A DNA stretch of 62,677 nucleotides, the filler included, from Choristocarpus tenellus KU-1152 (Eukaryota > Protista > Phaeophyceae): NCBI GenBank assembly GCA_964200185.2. It is 10 parts of 10 records of this genome, joined end to end, with 100 filler letters (N's around TTAATTAATTAA, not from the genome) between each part and the next. Parts side by side here need not be neighbours in the genome. Positions count along the whole stretch, not along the records: positions 1 to 3,786 come from CAXNAD020017928.1; positions 3,887 to 9,227 come from CAXNAD020011092.1; positions 9,328 to 14,140 come from CAXNAD020012963.1; 7 more parts are not named here. One strand, 5' to 3'. A model generated the notes under the pieces. It did no database searches, was not told the DNA's origin, and saw only the letters and a program-made list of their open reading frames with translations. Both the position numbers and the translations under genes were made by a program. Positions within the stretch are counted from its first letter, which is position 1; the number at the start of each line of letters is the position of its first letter. Below are positions 1 through 12,400 of the stretch, piece by piece.

Positions 1-613
1 ATCCCTTTGGTGTGCTTATGGGCCGTTCAGTAACTCCTTCAGATCCATTATCACCCCCCTCCCTCATGGTAGAGTGGGATCTATGCAGTGATAGGGACGA
101 GAGAGGGACTGGTTGTGATTGGCGGGGATCACAAGGAACGGTGCAAAGAGTTAAAACTATTGACGGTATATATATGCAAAATTCCTTGTTCCATTTGGGG
201 TAAATGCCACAACGTTAAACCACTCTGCTGAGGTCCTATTCCTTGCTTGGGGGAGTTCTAGAATTTCCAAAATTAGTCGGCACCCCTCCTACCTATATAC
301 CATTTATTCTTCTATTTATAAAATTGTATATTCTTACTCCCCTCAAAGCAGAACTGTTCTATTACTATCCATCACGTAGTGCATAGTGTCCTCCAGTGTT
401 GTGCAACTATTATTGATTCTCATCCAGACAGTCCAACAACTCCAAAAACCCTTCCGTCACTCCAGAACATAGCTGTGGCAAAGAGCTCCCCCTGCGTTGC
501 TTCCATACATACCAGCAGCCCGGTCAACTCTGTTCTTTGAACTTATGTTTCTTAACTCAACAAGGACATAAACAAAACAGAATAAAGACAGGAGACACGA
601 GACAGCTTCACAC

Positions 614-790
614 CTCAGAATTCTTAGTATGTTTGGGCGGCCAGAGTGGTACGCGGGAATCGCCTCCCCACCCTCCACATTTCCACTACTCGCCATGCCT
701 GTGAAATAAATCTGTACCCTCGTTGAGAGCAAGTCCGGACGGGAGTTGGACTGCATCTCTCTGATCTCGGCACTCATCATGCCTGAATCC
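614..790 (-). CDS. Probable C-terminal exon of a ferric reductase/NADPH-oxidase family protein (NAD-binding domain)
   Basis: Minus-strand frame reads RVQIYFTG...YHSGRPNILRIL, resembling the 'IYxT...GRP' segment of FRE/NOX NAD-binding domains. Preceded by a polypyrimidine tract and followed by a GT donor at 613. Same strand as, and downstream of, the 3369-3542 exon. The 5' boundary is approximate. Confidence 0.5.
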
Positions 791-2697
791 CTCAATGGTA
801 CGAAAAAGGAAAAAAAAAGAAGAGGCAAGAGCAATTAATATTACCACATGTTTTTCTTTCTTTAGTTTGCTACTGTATTACTACAGTGGTAGGACCAAAG
901 GCGTCACTTACTCTCTACATACTTTGAAGTATACTTATCACATCTTGATCGCATTGGTGTGAGTCCATACAACGATATGACAGCAGTGGCATTCAAAGAA
1001 ATACATACAGCCTACCTTATTACCAAATATAGTACACCTCTACTCTTACCATTATCATTTTTTTTTCTGACATTTGATCTTAACTAGTGAAGAATAAATA
1101 AATGTATATATACAGATATTTACATCGTATCTTAGAGGGAGATGGGATGAAGTATTTCGTGCACCTGAAACTGTCTTACATACTGTACACGTGTTTCTAT
1201 CACTCTAGAGTGCGATATCATGCCCATGTCAACAAAGATTCGTCATGTCCTCTTCTACCATCACATCCTCCTGGGAAGGGTTAGCTGCATGTCAGGTACA
1301 GGGATGGGGTGTCACATCACATCAGGCAGAAGGTTTGAAGATCCCCCAAATTCTCGGAGAGACTTAAGCACAGACCCACCGCCAAGTCAGGACTGCTCAA
1401 AAAAAAAAAAAGCATGTTACTACCACCCTGAACAATCACTACACACAATTTCCGAAATAAAAAACAATGGGCATCATCATCGCCATCACTCACCTACCTC
1501 ACCCAGGTTTCGAACTGCAAAGTGAAGTTCCATCTATTGACAGACAAAAAAAAAGAAAAAGAGAAAATTGGAAGTCGATCAAAAAACAGGCTATGGAAAA
1601 AAAAGCTGTGAAAAGTTTGGGGGGGAGGGGGCAAGAGAAGAGTCGGAGAGTACAGAGTTCAGGGGTTCGGCGTGTAACAGCGTGACACACGGGGCGAGCA
1701 AGCACTAATTGAAGAAATATGTTATAAAAATATTCTTGTGTGAGAAGACGATGAGACACTCCATCGGTATACTGTACTATCACTGATTGCAAACCATTTT
1801 TGTCGGCATTGACCAACCAACCCAATCATTGGAGAAACAAACAAATTCCTCTAACTCTCTCTCTCTCTCTCTCTCCAGACTCAAACGCCCCCGGAAGCAT
1901 GAAAATAAACCGACATTGACAGGCCGGGACAGTTGAGTCTGGAGAGAGAGGGTTACGGGAACGTTCTTTTGTACATTTCAGTTGATAGTTTGGGTTGATA
2001 GTTTGATTTGATGTTCTTCTGCACATGTTGACTACAGGCAATTAATATGTTAGTTGAGCTCACACAGTCTCTCTCTCCTCATGCCTTGAGGTAGTTATTT
2101 GCGGCTATAGAAGGGAATTATAAAATCGAAGATAGTGATGTAACCTTAAGAAATAAAATAAGCAAAATATATAAAGAACNNNNNNNNNNTTAAGCTGAAT
2201 ACTTTAGAACAGTGGAGAAAAGATACTTTACAAAAATATATTGTTAAAGACCTCTCTTTGTTACCTACGACCAATACATAACAATTGATAATACATATTA
2301 TACACTTGAGTCCCAAGACCCTTATGTTTTAACATAAACTTGGCAGCAATGATGAGCCTAATATGTGCATGTATGTATGTATGTATATATGCACCAAAGT
2401 GCAGCGGTAATGCAAGCAGGAAAAAACAGGATCGGTGCAGGGGAGGGGAGGATGCACAGGAGTCTCAAGGCATCATCACTATCAATGGGATCTTTTGTAA
2501 AAAGTGAAATGGACCAGTACACCCCAAAGGCAACACAATAAACACAATAAACACCAATGAAGAGAAGAAGCAAAGCAAAACACCATATACAAAACATCAA
2601 ACCCTGCCCAATCCTGTATAACTCCCACTTTGCAGACCACTGCTGTAAAAAAGAAAAAAACATTGCCAAGTTAAACAGCCAACAAAGGACTTCCCAT

Positions 2698-2727
2698 TAA
2701 CCCTAACCCTAACCCTGACCCTGACCC
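2698..2727. repeat. Short interstitial telomere-like tract (CCCTAA/CCCTGA)
   Basis: taaccctaaccctaaccctgaccctgaccc read directly. Confidence 0.7.
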
Positions 2728-3161
2728 CTTTCTGCATCTAATAAAGACGAAATCTGAGACCATTTACCACCTCTCCAGAGCAGCATTTGAAACAATAAGA
2801 TATTTGAAAAAGATATTCTCACAGGCTGGCCGCAGACTGATTTGAAAATTCAATTTTCACCGTCTTGTTAAAAAAAAAAAATGTTATGAAGGTATACATG
2901 TACCTCAAACATTACAAGGAAATTTCCACATACACAAAATTAATTAATTAATATATATAATATATTCTACCAACGGTAGACTTTCTCAGTCATACTGTAC
3001 ATAATGCCGACCAAAACGTACCCCTACATAATACAAAAAACCGCTCTAAGAAAAACAACACAGATTTTTGAAAAAAAATCATCAGCAAGCATGGGTTCCA
3101 TCTGTTGACAACAGTTGATTCACACTCACGACAGGTCAATTTGTGGTTATACTTGGGCACT

Positions 3162-3193
<32 letters not shown>

Positions 3194-3336
3194 TACAAAT
3201 ACACATACATACATATACACAATACACATACATACACATACAAATATACCTACACAATAAAATACATACACATACACATACAAATATATATATGTATATA
3301 TATATATATACATAATACACATACGTAGACACAAAT

Positions 3337-3368
<32 letters not shown>
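3162..3368. repeat. Compound (CA)n/(TA)n/(CATA)n microsatellite, intronic
   Basis: Read directly; it generates the spurious HT/YI/CV-rich ORFs in the track. Confidence 0.95.
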
Positions 3369-3371
<3 letters not shown>

Positions 3372-3542
3372 CTGGACGCTGTGGTACTTCAAGCCCTTCC
3401 GTAGGGAGTGAAGAGCATCTCGGACAATCGACAGCATCGGCGTCACCCCACTCCCCCCAGCAAACATCACCACGGTGCAGTAGGTCTTGAACGGGATGCA
3501 TGGCCTTCCGTACGGACCATCAACTCGAACAGAATCACCCCC
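3369..3542 (-). CDS. Exon of ferric reductase/NADPH oxidase-family protein (FAD/NAD-binding junction)
   Basis: 174-nt phase-0 exon bounded by CAG and GT. It translates GGDSVRVDGPYGRPCIPFKTYCTVVMFAGGSGVTPMLSIVRD, containing the DGPYG and AGGxGxTP motifs of the FRE/NOX (FNR-like) family. Confidence 0.85.
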
Positions 3543-3544
3543 CT

Positions 3545-3647
3545 GTTATCAAGTTGTTATCAAGTTGTTATTATCAAGTTGTTGTTATCAAGTTGTTATT
3601 ATCAAGTTGCTGTTATCAAGTTGTTGTTATCAAGTTGTTATCAAGTT
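3545..3647. repeat. Minisatellite of GTTATCAAGTT(GTT/GCT) units
   Basis: About seven TTATCAAGTTG cores with variable 3-nt extensions, abutting the acceptor of the reductase exon. Confidence 0.9.
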
Positions 3648-3786
3648 GCCCCCCCAACAGACGGCAATCAACGCATTGGGACAGCCGGTGATGGTACCAA
3701 CAATATATCACACCGTATATACGTACATTGGGGAGGCGATGGGAGGCGATGGGAGGCGATGGGAGGCCTGGTTGAGCACTGGGGGG

Positions 3787-3886
3787 NNNNNNNNNNNNNN
3801 NNNNNNNNNNNNNNNNNNNNNNNNNNNNNNTTAATTAATTAANNNNNNNNNNNNNNNNNNNNNNNNNNNNNNNNNNNNNNNNNNNN
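3787..3886. other. Artificial contig linker N44-TTAATTAATTAA-N44; same linker at 9228-9327, 14141-14240, 18988-19087, 32491-32590, 36715-36814, 48449-48548, 51293-51392, 58213-58312
   Basis: Identical 100-nt spacer nine times; TTAATTAATTAA puts stops in all six frames, as used when concatenating unplaced contigs. A separate 10-N gap lies at 2180-2189. Confidence 0.98.
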
Positions 3887-4416
3887 GGGAGCTAGGGAGG
3901 CATCCCAAGAATCCAACAAACCCCTCCGTGCCCATCTCCCTGGGGACTCTAGTTTAAAGCGCATGACACGTCGAGACAATGCCACTTGCGTAGTCACCGA
4001 GACAATTTGGCGTAGCGGGGATTTAACTACTCCTTTCCTGCACTATATTGTTGTACATGAGGTTCGAACGGAAGAAACAGAATAGAGAACAAAGCAGGAA
4101 GGCTTGTTTTTACTGCTGAACACTTTCCTTGGTTTTTTGCCCGTTGACCTTTTTCACCAAAACGGTTTTACATTTCAATATCATATTGACTCCCCCACCC
4201 CCCTCCACAATTCTACCACTCACTCTCTCCCGACATACCACAGCACAAGAGCTCCACCTCCAGTCTTCGTGTGATCTATAGATACGAGGAAAGAGTTCAA
4301 CGTCATCTCCAATATAACTGAGAACAGAAGCTCTCGACATCTATCTGTCTCGCTGGAGCCCTCATTCTATCAATTATCATCTCGACGCCATAGCGACTTC
4401 TTCATCCTACGATACG

Positions 4417-7400
4417 ATGGCCTGTACACCTTTTAAGTCAACCCCGGAATCCGTGCGCCAAACGATGAATGATCTCTGGGGTGAAGAATCGTCAACAAAC
4501 GATCATGTGAGAACTGCGTATCCAGAGGTATCTTCACTCACTATTGATCACACAGATTCGATGCCACCATTTCACTTAACCCCTCCTGTGAGGCGAACTT
4601 CCCCATTTATTCCTCCTGTCTTCTGTGGGCAATATCGCTCTGCTTCTCTTGTATCGCTCTCAGAGGAAGGTGATCGAAACTTCGAACTCATCGGCGTGTT
4701 GTGGCTTCCATGTCGAGCTTTTTCGCCTCTCCGTTCTCGACATCTACCTCCGCCTTCAAAAAACAATAACCGCGATACAATTTCTTAAGTACAGTAGTAC
4801 TATATAAAACAATTTACTGTAATATATACATAACTCAAAACAATGAAGCGAGTTGATATAGGGACACCAAGGCAGATTCAGGAATAGGGTCTCCTCCCTG
4901 CTGGGTAAAGAGATGATGGGGGGGGGACATCCTATCGTTACTCTATTTGTCCACCCTAGACTCCAAACTATTGGAGAGCATGGCGAGTTTGCTCCCTCGA
5001 TTCTGGTGTGGATGCACTTTCTGAATACAAATCTTTCAACCTTGTCTCGTCATTCCTGTCCATTGTGTTGAAGTTAGTAGGTATGTACAGAGCATCTACG
5101 AGTCTGCACGGTAGAGCCAAGTCGAAATCAATGTCGGTTTATTTGTGATACTGGACCATAGTGTAGGTATGTGGGGCTCGGGGTTCGCCTGTTGTTGTCG
5201 AACGTGCACTCCCGTCATCTCCAACCTTTCAATCTTGAGCACTAATATAGATATCGCCCTGTGAGCCCTACGGATCCCTTGGTTTAGATATCAGGGAAGA
5301 GGAGAGATCATACGTCAAGCCTTGCCCTGCTCTCCCTTGCTATTCTTCTCGGCTGTATATTTCATATTCACTGCCCCTGACAACCCTCCCTCCTCACCAC
5401 CCTCCTCAATGTCCTCGTCCACGACTCAAACGACCACTTTCCCACACAGCTCTCACACAACTGTTTGTGCTGCATAATTCTATATTATTCTACTAATCTC
5501 GCTTGTATTGTCTCCACCACATCTCGCCTCTCTTCTCGCATTGAGTGGACTACCTTTGCTCGTCCGCTCTCTTCCAATTGTGATCCCAACCTTGCCAGCT
5601 GTGACTTGATGAGAGTTTTGAACATCTATTTTCCATACCCTCCACAGACATTGGCAGGCATCGAGCTGAGTACTGGTGAATGTCTGCCAGATATCATTCT
5701 GGAGTCCCTCAAGATGTCTACCAAGATTGCGTTCTCCAGCGTGACCGATGAGGTGACACATGCGGCACAAACAACCGACCAAACGTTCTACACTCAACAA
5801 TATTCCTGGTAAAATCCTCCAACGAGAGAAGGGATAGCGATAGCACTTGCAGCGAGGGGTGGCCACATGCTGCCAAGAAGAATGTGTGACGTGTAATTGC
5901 ATCCTCGTTATGAGAGGAAATCCAATAGTTGTGTTAGGTATGGTTGATTGGGTCTGGGAGGGGAAGCTGTCTTGCCTGACAGCCACACGACTTCACCTGC
6001 TTGTGAGAGGTGAAGTGTCGGTTTGTGGTGCTACTTTATTGTACATTACAATTGCTGAACATAGATCTTATTTTCCCCCTCCCCAAAGGTTCAAGCTTTT
6101 CTCAATGCTGTAGAAGTTGAGAGGGAAGAGATGGTAGCAAACAACACGCCGAAGTGGACAGCAAAAAAGCACCGCACACTGGGAGCAAATCAGAAGAGAG
6201 TTGAAGCTCTTGAGACAGCTGCCTCCTTGGAGATAGCTGAAGCTTTTGAACAGGCCCGCATAAGCCGAGAGGTGAGTATGGACATGATGAGCAGGGTGCG
6301 CCTTTTTTAGTGAGTAGATGCTGTAAGAACACCAGCAACTATTGCAAACAAAGGCACCTCAATTGCTAGGATCTATGCTGTGCAAGCCTTATCTACAGCT
6401 GCTCATTTATTGAGTGTGATTTGGCAATGTTTGTTCACAATGTGTTGGCAGCAGGTAGTGTCTGCTCATCTTTCAGTTGTCCAATACCACTCACATGATG
6501 GGGTTGGTTGTGTGTGTCTCAAATATGTGGTGTGTGCATTGCACAGATAAGCAGGTCACACTACGGCATTGTCTCTTTCAGTGCAGCATCAATGAGCTCT
6601 GTCTGTCCATAGAAGTAGTGCAATCTACTTGTATGTCTGAAGTGTTGATGCCAGTACCCTCTTGTTTGCTGATAGGGCCTTTAGAATGCTTACCACTTGT
6701 ATGATGTTCCCCATGTTCCCAAATCAGGAGCTAGCCACTGCTCAAAGCGACTGGAAGATGGAGAAGGCTGAACTAGTTGATAGACTCAAAACAGTGGACC
6801 ATGCCTGCTTTGCGGCAGAATGTATAGCAAAGCGCTCCAAGGCTGCACACCAAGAGGAACTCAGGGACATGACAACAGCAAAGGAAGCTGCTGAGGCCAA
6901 GGCTTCCAAGCTGGAGAAGGTATTCTTGGGGTGGGTGTTAGTACTGCTTTATGAACCAAGATGGAGATGCAGTGTTGTGCAGTATCTATTTTCAATGTAT
7001 GGATAAATGTTATGTCAAGTTTGTTGAGGCTGAGTGTTACAGGTATTATTTTTCTGTGATTTTATTGATGGTTGATGTCGATTTTGTTTGGGAATGCGAT
7101 CCCTATCAGGGTTTTAGTGAGTACAAGTCATTTCTTGTAGGGTCTCAAACGTTTTTGTAACTGTTTGCCAGGCGACCTCTCCCCTCAATACTCTCCCCTC
7201 AACACTCTCCCCTCAACATCTATGCCAGGAGTTGCTTGAGATGTGCGCAAAGCTGGAGGCAGAGAAGATGGCCAACCTCCGCCTGCAGGAGGAAGTTTCC
7301 CTGAAATGCCAGGTAAAGCATAGCCCTGTGTGGGGTATTTGGAAAACTGGATAAGGTTTGTAGGGGGATTTGTGCCAGTTCACCCAACCAAGATGGTGCC

Positions 7401-8234
7401 TGATGCTCTATATAAACTAACCATGTGTGGCATTTCTATTTAAACAATGCTTCACAAGCTTAGTTGTTTCAACAATTGCATTTCACTATGGAACTGAATA
7501 ATAATAGTGCGCTTGATCCTCCTCAACAACATCCCTCCCCCCTCCCTCCCACTCTTCCCAACCCTAGGCTACAAGACATGTGCAGGTCTCCCCCAAGGCC
7601 TACTGTATGCCCAAGAGTAGGACCCCCCACTTCTTGGGCAAGGAAGGCGACAATGATATTGAAAATGTCAAGCGTTGTCCTGGCAGCCAGTCTATTTCAA
7701 GGGAGTGTACCCCCCTGTCTCCAATAGTGAACAAGACTGCGATGAACATGGCTGGCAAAGGTAAACAGGGGGGAGAGATGACATGTAAGAGGTAGCCTTT
7801 GTAGGTTGATCAGAGAGTGAAGAAGTTAGGAAAAGTTGATGTAGGTGTGGACACCTGTGGTATTGCACTTAGGGTTAGGGTTAGGGTTAGTGACATGAAT
7901 CCCCTCTTGCCCACTTCCCCTCACCCCCATATTCCCTATAGTACCTTTGGGGCAGCGCACACCATTGGGCTGCAAGGAATCAGTGAAGGGACTCAAGGTG
8001 CCTGCTGCTATATCTTCTCAGGCATCAGTTGCTATCCCCAGCATGACAAGGGATGTTGGGGCACCAGAGATGGCAGAAGTGTCCTTGAGCTCAGGAGTGG
8101 CAGATGTGTTGCCTGAGAGTGCCCTAGTAGCACCCAGGAAAGTGGGGGTGATGAAGGGAGAGAGGAGTCAGTTGAGGGTATCAGCTGGGACAGGTGCAAG
8201 GGAGAGGTGGGTTGGGAGATTGAGAGGTATCTGA
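4417..8234 (+). CDS. Seven-exon gene, ~386-aa protein of unknown function with a central coiled coil
   Basis: Exons 4417-4527, 5648-5752, 6089-6271, 6728-6919, 7229-7312, 7568-7760, 7942-8234 all have AG/GT boundaries with matching phases (0,0,0,0,0,1) and join ATG to TGA without stops. Exons 3-5 are E/K/A/L-rich (ELATAQSDWKMEKAELVDRLK; ELLEMCAKLEAEKMANLRLQEE). Confidence 0.65.
7869..7890. repeat. Intronic (TTAGGG)3+ tract
   Basis: ttagggttagggttagggttag read directly. Confidence 0.85.
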
Positions 8235-9327
8235 AGCAATAGTTGGCTTGACTTTGTATCATTTGAAGGCAGTTTTGTTCTTGGTATGGTGGTGCAATGT
8301 GTTTTGTTGACTGATTTTAGCGATGACTGCCTAATCAAAAAATGACAAAATAGTTGGTGGGTGATGTGGGATGGTATGACAGGCAGCACAATGAAATATA
8401 CGACATGGTATGAGGTACAACATCATCACATCAAGACGTAAGCAACGGTCTCTTCCATCATTACACGGTCATATTGGATAGAGTATCCCTAACCTTAACA
8501 CACATTCCAGCAGAAGTGTTGACTATTGTGTATGTATCATTGATGAAATTGCACTATCAACAGACAGAGTGTACATATTTGAGGGAGTTCAATTCTAGAC
8601 CTCTACCGCCTTCAGTACAACAACCAATGCATTTGGCGAGGAAATTTATTATTTTTCTTTAATGTGGCTCTAACCCTAGCCCTCAAGTAGTTTGTCAGTG
8701 TTGCGAACCTTCCTCTTAGTTTGTTTTAGGGTTAGGGTTTCCCTCGATTGATATCATATACCAGTGGAATACCTGCAGCATCTCTCTCTCTATGTATGTA
8801 TGTATTTATATGGTTCTATATTACCGTTGTAGAGTGGAGCTGCAATCAATAGTTTGTTTTTTGTCTCTTCCCCAATTCATGCCCACTTTCTTAGGACCCT
8901 CACCAAGGCCACCACGACAAGTGGCACACAGAGACTGGGTGTCAGGACGAGGTGGGTGTCCAATGTTTGTTAGATATGATTTTGTCACTGATGACTGCCC
9001 CCCCCCCTCCCCTTCCCCTGATACCTTTGACAAGTCAGGATGTGTGGGGTTTGTTCCACCCCTCATTTTCTCAGGAGATGTGTTTTTGCTATATTTGATA
9101 AGTGCTTCTTACCCCAATGATCTTCAGTATTGACACGACTCCTTTCACCTCAAGCACCCCCCCCCCCCCCCCCCCCACCTCTTTTAAATTAATTTTATAT
9201 ATTTTTGCATCTTACCTCTGTTTTTATNNNNNNNNNNNNNNNNNNNNNNNNNNNNNNNNNNNNNNNNNNNNTTAATTAATTAANNNNNNNNNNNNNNNNN
9301 NNNNNNNNNNNNNNNNNNNNNNNNNNN

Positions 9328-9473
9328 GGGGGTGTCCACTTGTGTCATAACCAGGAAAAGTGCACTTACATTTTCCATCCGACGTATGCAATCAAATCAC
9401 CCAAAAATCGCGACATGAAGAAATTGACCCCAAAATGGACAGCCGCCACCCCCCCCCCCAGATACTTTGAGCC
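9328..9473. mobile_element. Terminus of a TIR element (family B, TIR approx. GGGTCAAAGTATCTG(n)), cut by contig start
   Basis: Ends in ccccccccagatactttgagcc and contains ccccaaaatggaca, a subterminal motif shared with the 260-bp MITE. Confidence 0.65.
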
Positions 9474-12400
9474 AGTACACTCTTTCTGCTCTCATCGTTT
9501 TGTAGTAATATTTCTATTATTGCCTTCTATATATTGCGCTAATACCCACTGACAGCTGATGGTACTCTTTGCTTGCCACTATGAAGGAACTCAAGAAACA
9601 AGAGAAGAATCCATCTCACCCATTGGCACACAGTTGCTTAAAATTGACACTTATACCTTCACTGACTCACTGGTGACGAAATTCCCCACCCCTTTACCAC
9701 CACCCCTTTACGACCCACCACGTGACTCACCAGCTCACCCAGAAATTGCTTTTACCTATGTACTAACACGCCTGAAACATTTTACCACGAAGATGTTGAG
9801 GATAGACTTGTAAGGCCTAAAAAGGTCCCTCTTCGTGACTGTACTTGTTCTACGCCTCAGCTGCAGCACCGCCTAATTGCCTGACCATAGGTGGCATGCC
9901 GCCGAAATTGCCATCCAGTCAGAGGACAGCAGTTGGGCAGTGTCCCTTTTACCCCCAAAGACCTGTCGTTAGGCAGGATTTACGCTGGGGATGGGATCTG
10001 CCTTTGCTGATTTGAGGGGTGGAGTGGCTTCCAACGTATTGATCCCTTGCCTACACTGGCTTGCGTGGCCTGTTAAGGCCATAGCAAAAGATTCCTTCCA
10101 GATCTCAGATCTGTGATAGGGAGTTTTTTCCAGTTGGGTCCTGAAGACATCAAATCTTTCAGAACAAAGTGCAGATTAGTGCCAAAGAACAAGTGAGATC
10201 AGTGAGGTGTTTTAGGACAGGGATTGTATCAGTTGATACCTCAAAAGGGTAAGCAACCCTCAAGAACCCCCTGTAGTTTTCAAAATCTAGCACCTGAGAG
10301 CCAAAGTAAGGGAGAGGTACCCAGGTTTTGACCGTTTTCATTTTAACCCAGTTTTATAATATTTCGCAATTCACCCATATTTCTATGGATGAAGTGCTAA
10401 GTTTGACTTGAGAGCGCTGCTTTCTCTATTGTTGGGAAAAATCTATACCGGACCAAGAATTTTTTGTCAGCATTCTTACGATACAACTCTGGGTACCTCT
10501 CGTTTCCTTTAACTCCGAACACACTGGGAGTGGGTATTTGAGGTGTGCTGCTTCGTCGGGTGGGCTATATGCCCTGACATGCAGTTGTACCCCGCCTGGC
10601 CTTTTGTGTACATGCAACGTCTAACTTATGATGCATTGTATTTATATATTAACATGTCTTGTTGTTGGCCAATAACTTTTTTTAGGGTGTCCTCATGTGT
10701 TCTCATAGCTCAGTGGGTGAAGGCCAGCATTCCTTCCGAGGTAGATCAAGGCAGAATCTCATAAAAAATGAAAAAAGAGCATGCAAAAAAAGGGTAGCCT
10801 ATACTAAAGTCGTGGATCGCGTTGTTTCTAATAGCGTCAAAAGAAAACCAGTGCATAAGAAAACCTAACTCTCCTCAGCTTACATACTATACGTTTCTGT
10901 TCAGAGGAAACAGCCAACAGCTGGACTGAGGGGAATTTTGTTGGCAGAAGAGAGAAAACTTAAGAGGGGATAGTGTCATGAACTAAAAGTTAAGGAGGGG
11001 ATGTTTCAAGATGGTCCAGGTGGAATAGACGTTTGGTCACAAGGTCACAGGTAGGTTGAAATAGAGTCGACACCATGTGAGGAACGGCCCAAGAGCAGAA
11101 AACCAGTACGGGTAACAAGTTTATGCATGTGTAGTTGATGGAACCAAGTGTTTCACATGGACTAATGGCATGGCAGAGGAGCCGTGGTAGCTGATGATGT
11201 ACGTCGTGCTAAAGCAGCAGCTGAGGCAACTCATACAGATAAGGGCCAATGCTACTTCACATGATTCCAATACCTTTTGAGTTTTGCTTTCCACTTTGAA
11301 TGGTTTCTTTCCCTTTATTTCTTCCTTTTTGTTTCTCCTCACTGCGATAATTTCATGGGTGGTGTCTTGGATGGATGGGCCGAAACGTGACCCCGTCTTT
11401 TCTTTTTCCTGTAGGACCTTTGCTTTGTTGACAGTATGGATGATATTCTGCCCAGCTACTGGGCGCTAGTGAGTATGTCATGAGTCGTGGTTACCCCTCT
11501 TTACAGCGATTGAGTAGTCTCCACCCTTGTTTTTCTGTACTTTCTGGATTATTAGGAGTTTCTTCGTGTGCTATTTGCGTGTTACTGCTTCTCCTCCAGC
11601 CATATTTTTGACCACTGGTCTGGGACCCCTTAGACAATTGTGAAGAATTAAAACTAAGTGGTTAGGGGGGAGAGAAGGGGCCAAGTGCTCTTGATTCCTG
11701 CCCACCCACCCTCTTATTTGTTAGCTCGTCACTGAACGGAGAGGGCTTTGAAGTGGTTTGGGTTGTTGCAGGGAGGGACCAGGACAGGTTAGCACTGGCT
11801 CCAAGCTCGTTGGTAGTAATGTTAGTGGTGCAAGCGAGTCCACTCGTTTGCAAGTGTGAGCCCTCTTTTCATTGGACCAATTGGAGTCAAATAAAATATT
11901 TTTTCTATCCTTGTGAAACACACCTTTAGCCGTAACATTATTTGTTTTTGAGGGTTGCTGCGCAGAATATTGTCTCTTTAGGACAAACGATCAAATGTCA
12001 GTGTTCCTTTGGAGACATGCATTGGTTCAAACTCTCTTCGTCGAAATTTTTTCCTCAGAGAAGTCTGGTTTCATTAATCCAAAGTCGAGGTGGTAAGCAC
12101 AATGGATTATATAATACTGCTGTATGTACTATTTGCCTGTCGCTACCTTCCATTATTATACCTGCAAAAAAACGGGGTATAACTGAAACGAGGTGACGAG
12201 ATGAGTACTACACAATATTTCATCCAGGAGGCAGAGCGACGAGTGCTAGGGTGGCTGATGGTACAACGCGCGAGAAGCAAGTCACGAATGTAGGCAGCAC
12301 AATTTGTCTTAGTGCAAGAGTAGTTAAGATATTATGAGAAGTATTGTAGTAGAGTGTGTAGTGCCTCTGACCGTAAGTTGTGGTAGTCTGTACCTTAGTT

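Noticed and set aside
3115-3370. His/Thr- and Cys/Val-rich ORFs
   Set aside because: Translations of a CA/TA microsatellite.
3831-3842. Recurrent palindrome TTAATTAATTAA as a biological repeat or regulatory site
   Set aside because: Always flanked by exactly 44 Ns on each side; an assembly linker. Genes on opposite sides of a linker are not neighbours, so no cross-contig clusters are claimed.
10700-10762. tRNA or tRNA-derived SINE head (TAGCTCAGTGG A-box)
   Set aside because: B box is degenerate (GGCAGAATC), no cloverleaf, and no second copy in the window.
9800-12200. Decayed retroelement gag on the minus strand (TGHASQC near 10050-10080)
   Set aside because: Only half a zinc knuckle and no other recognisable domain; cannot be supported.
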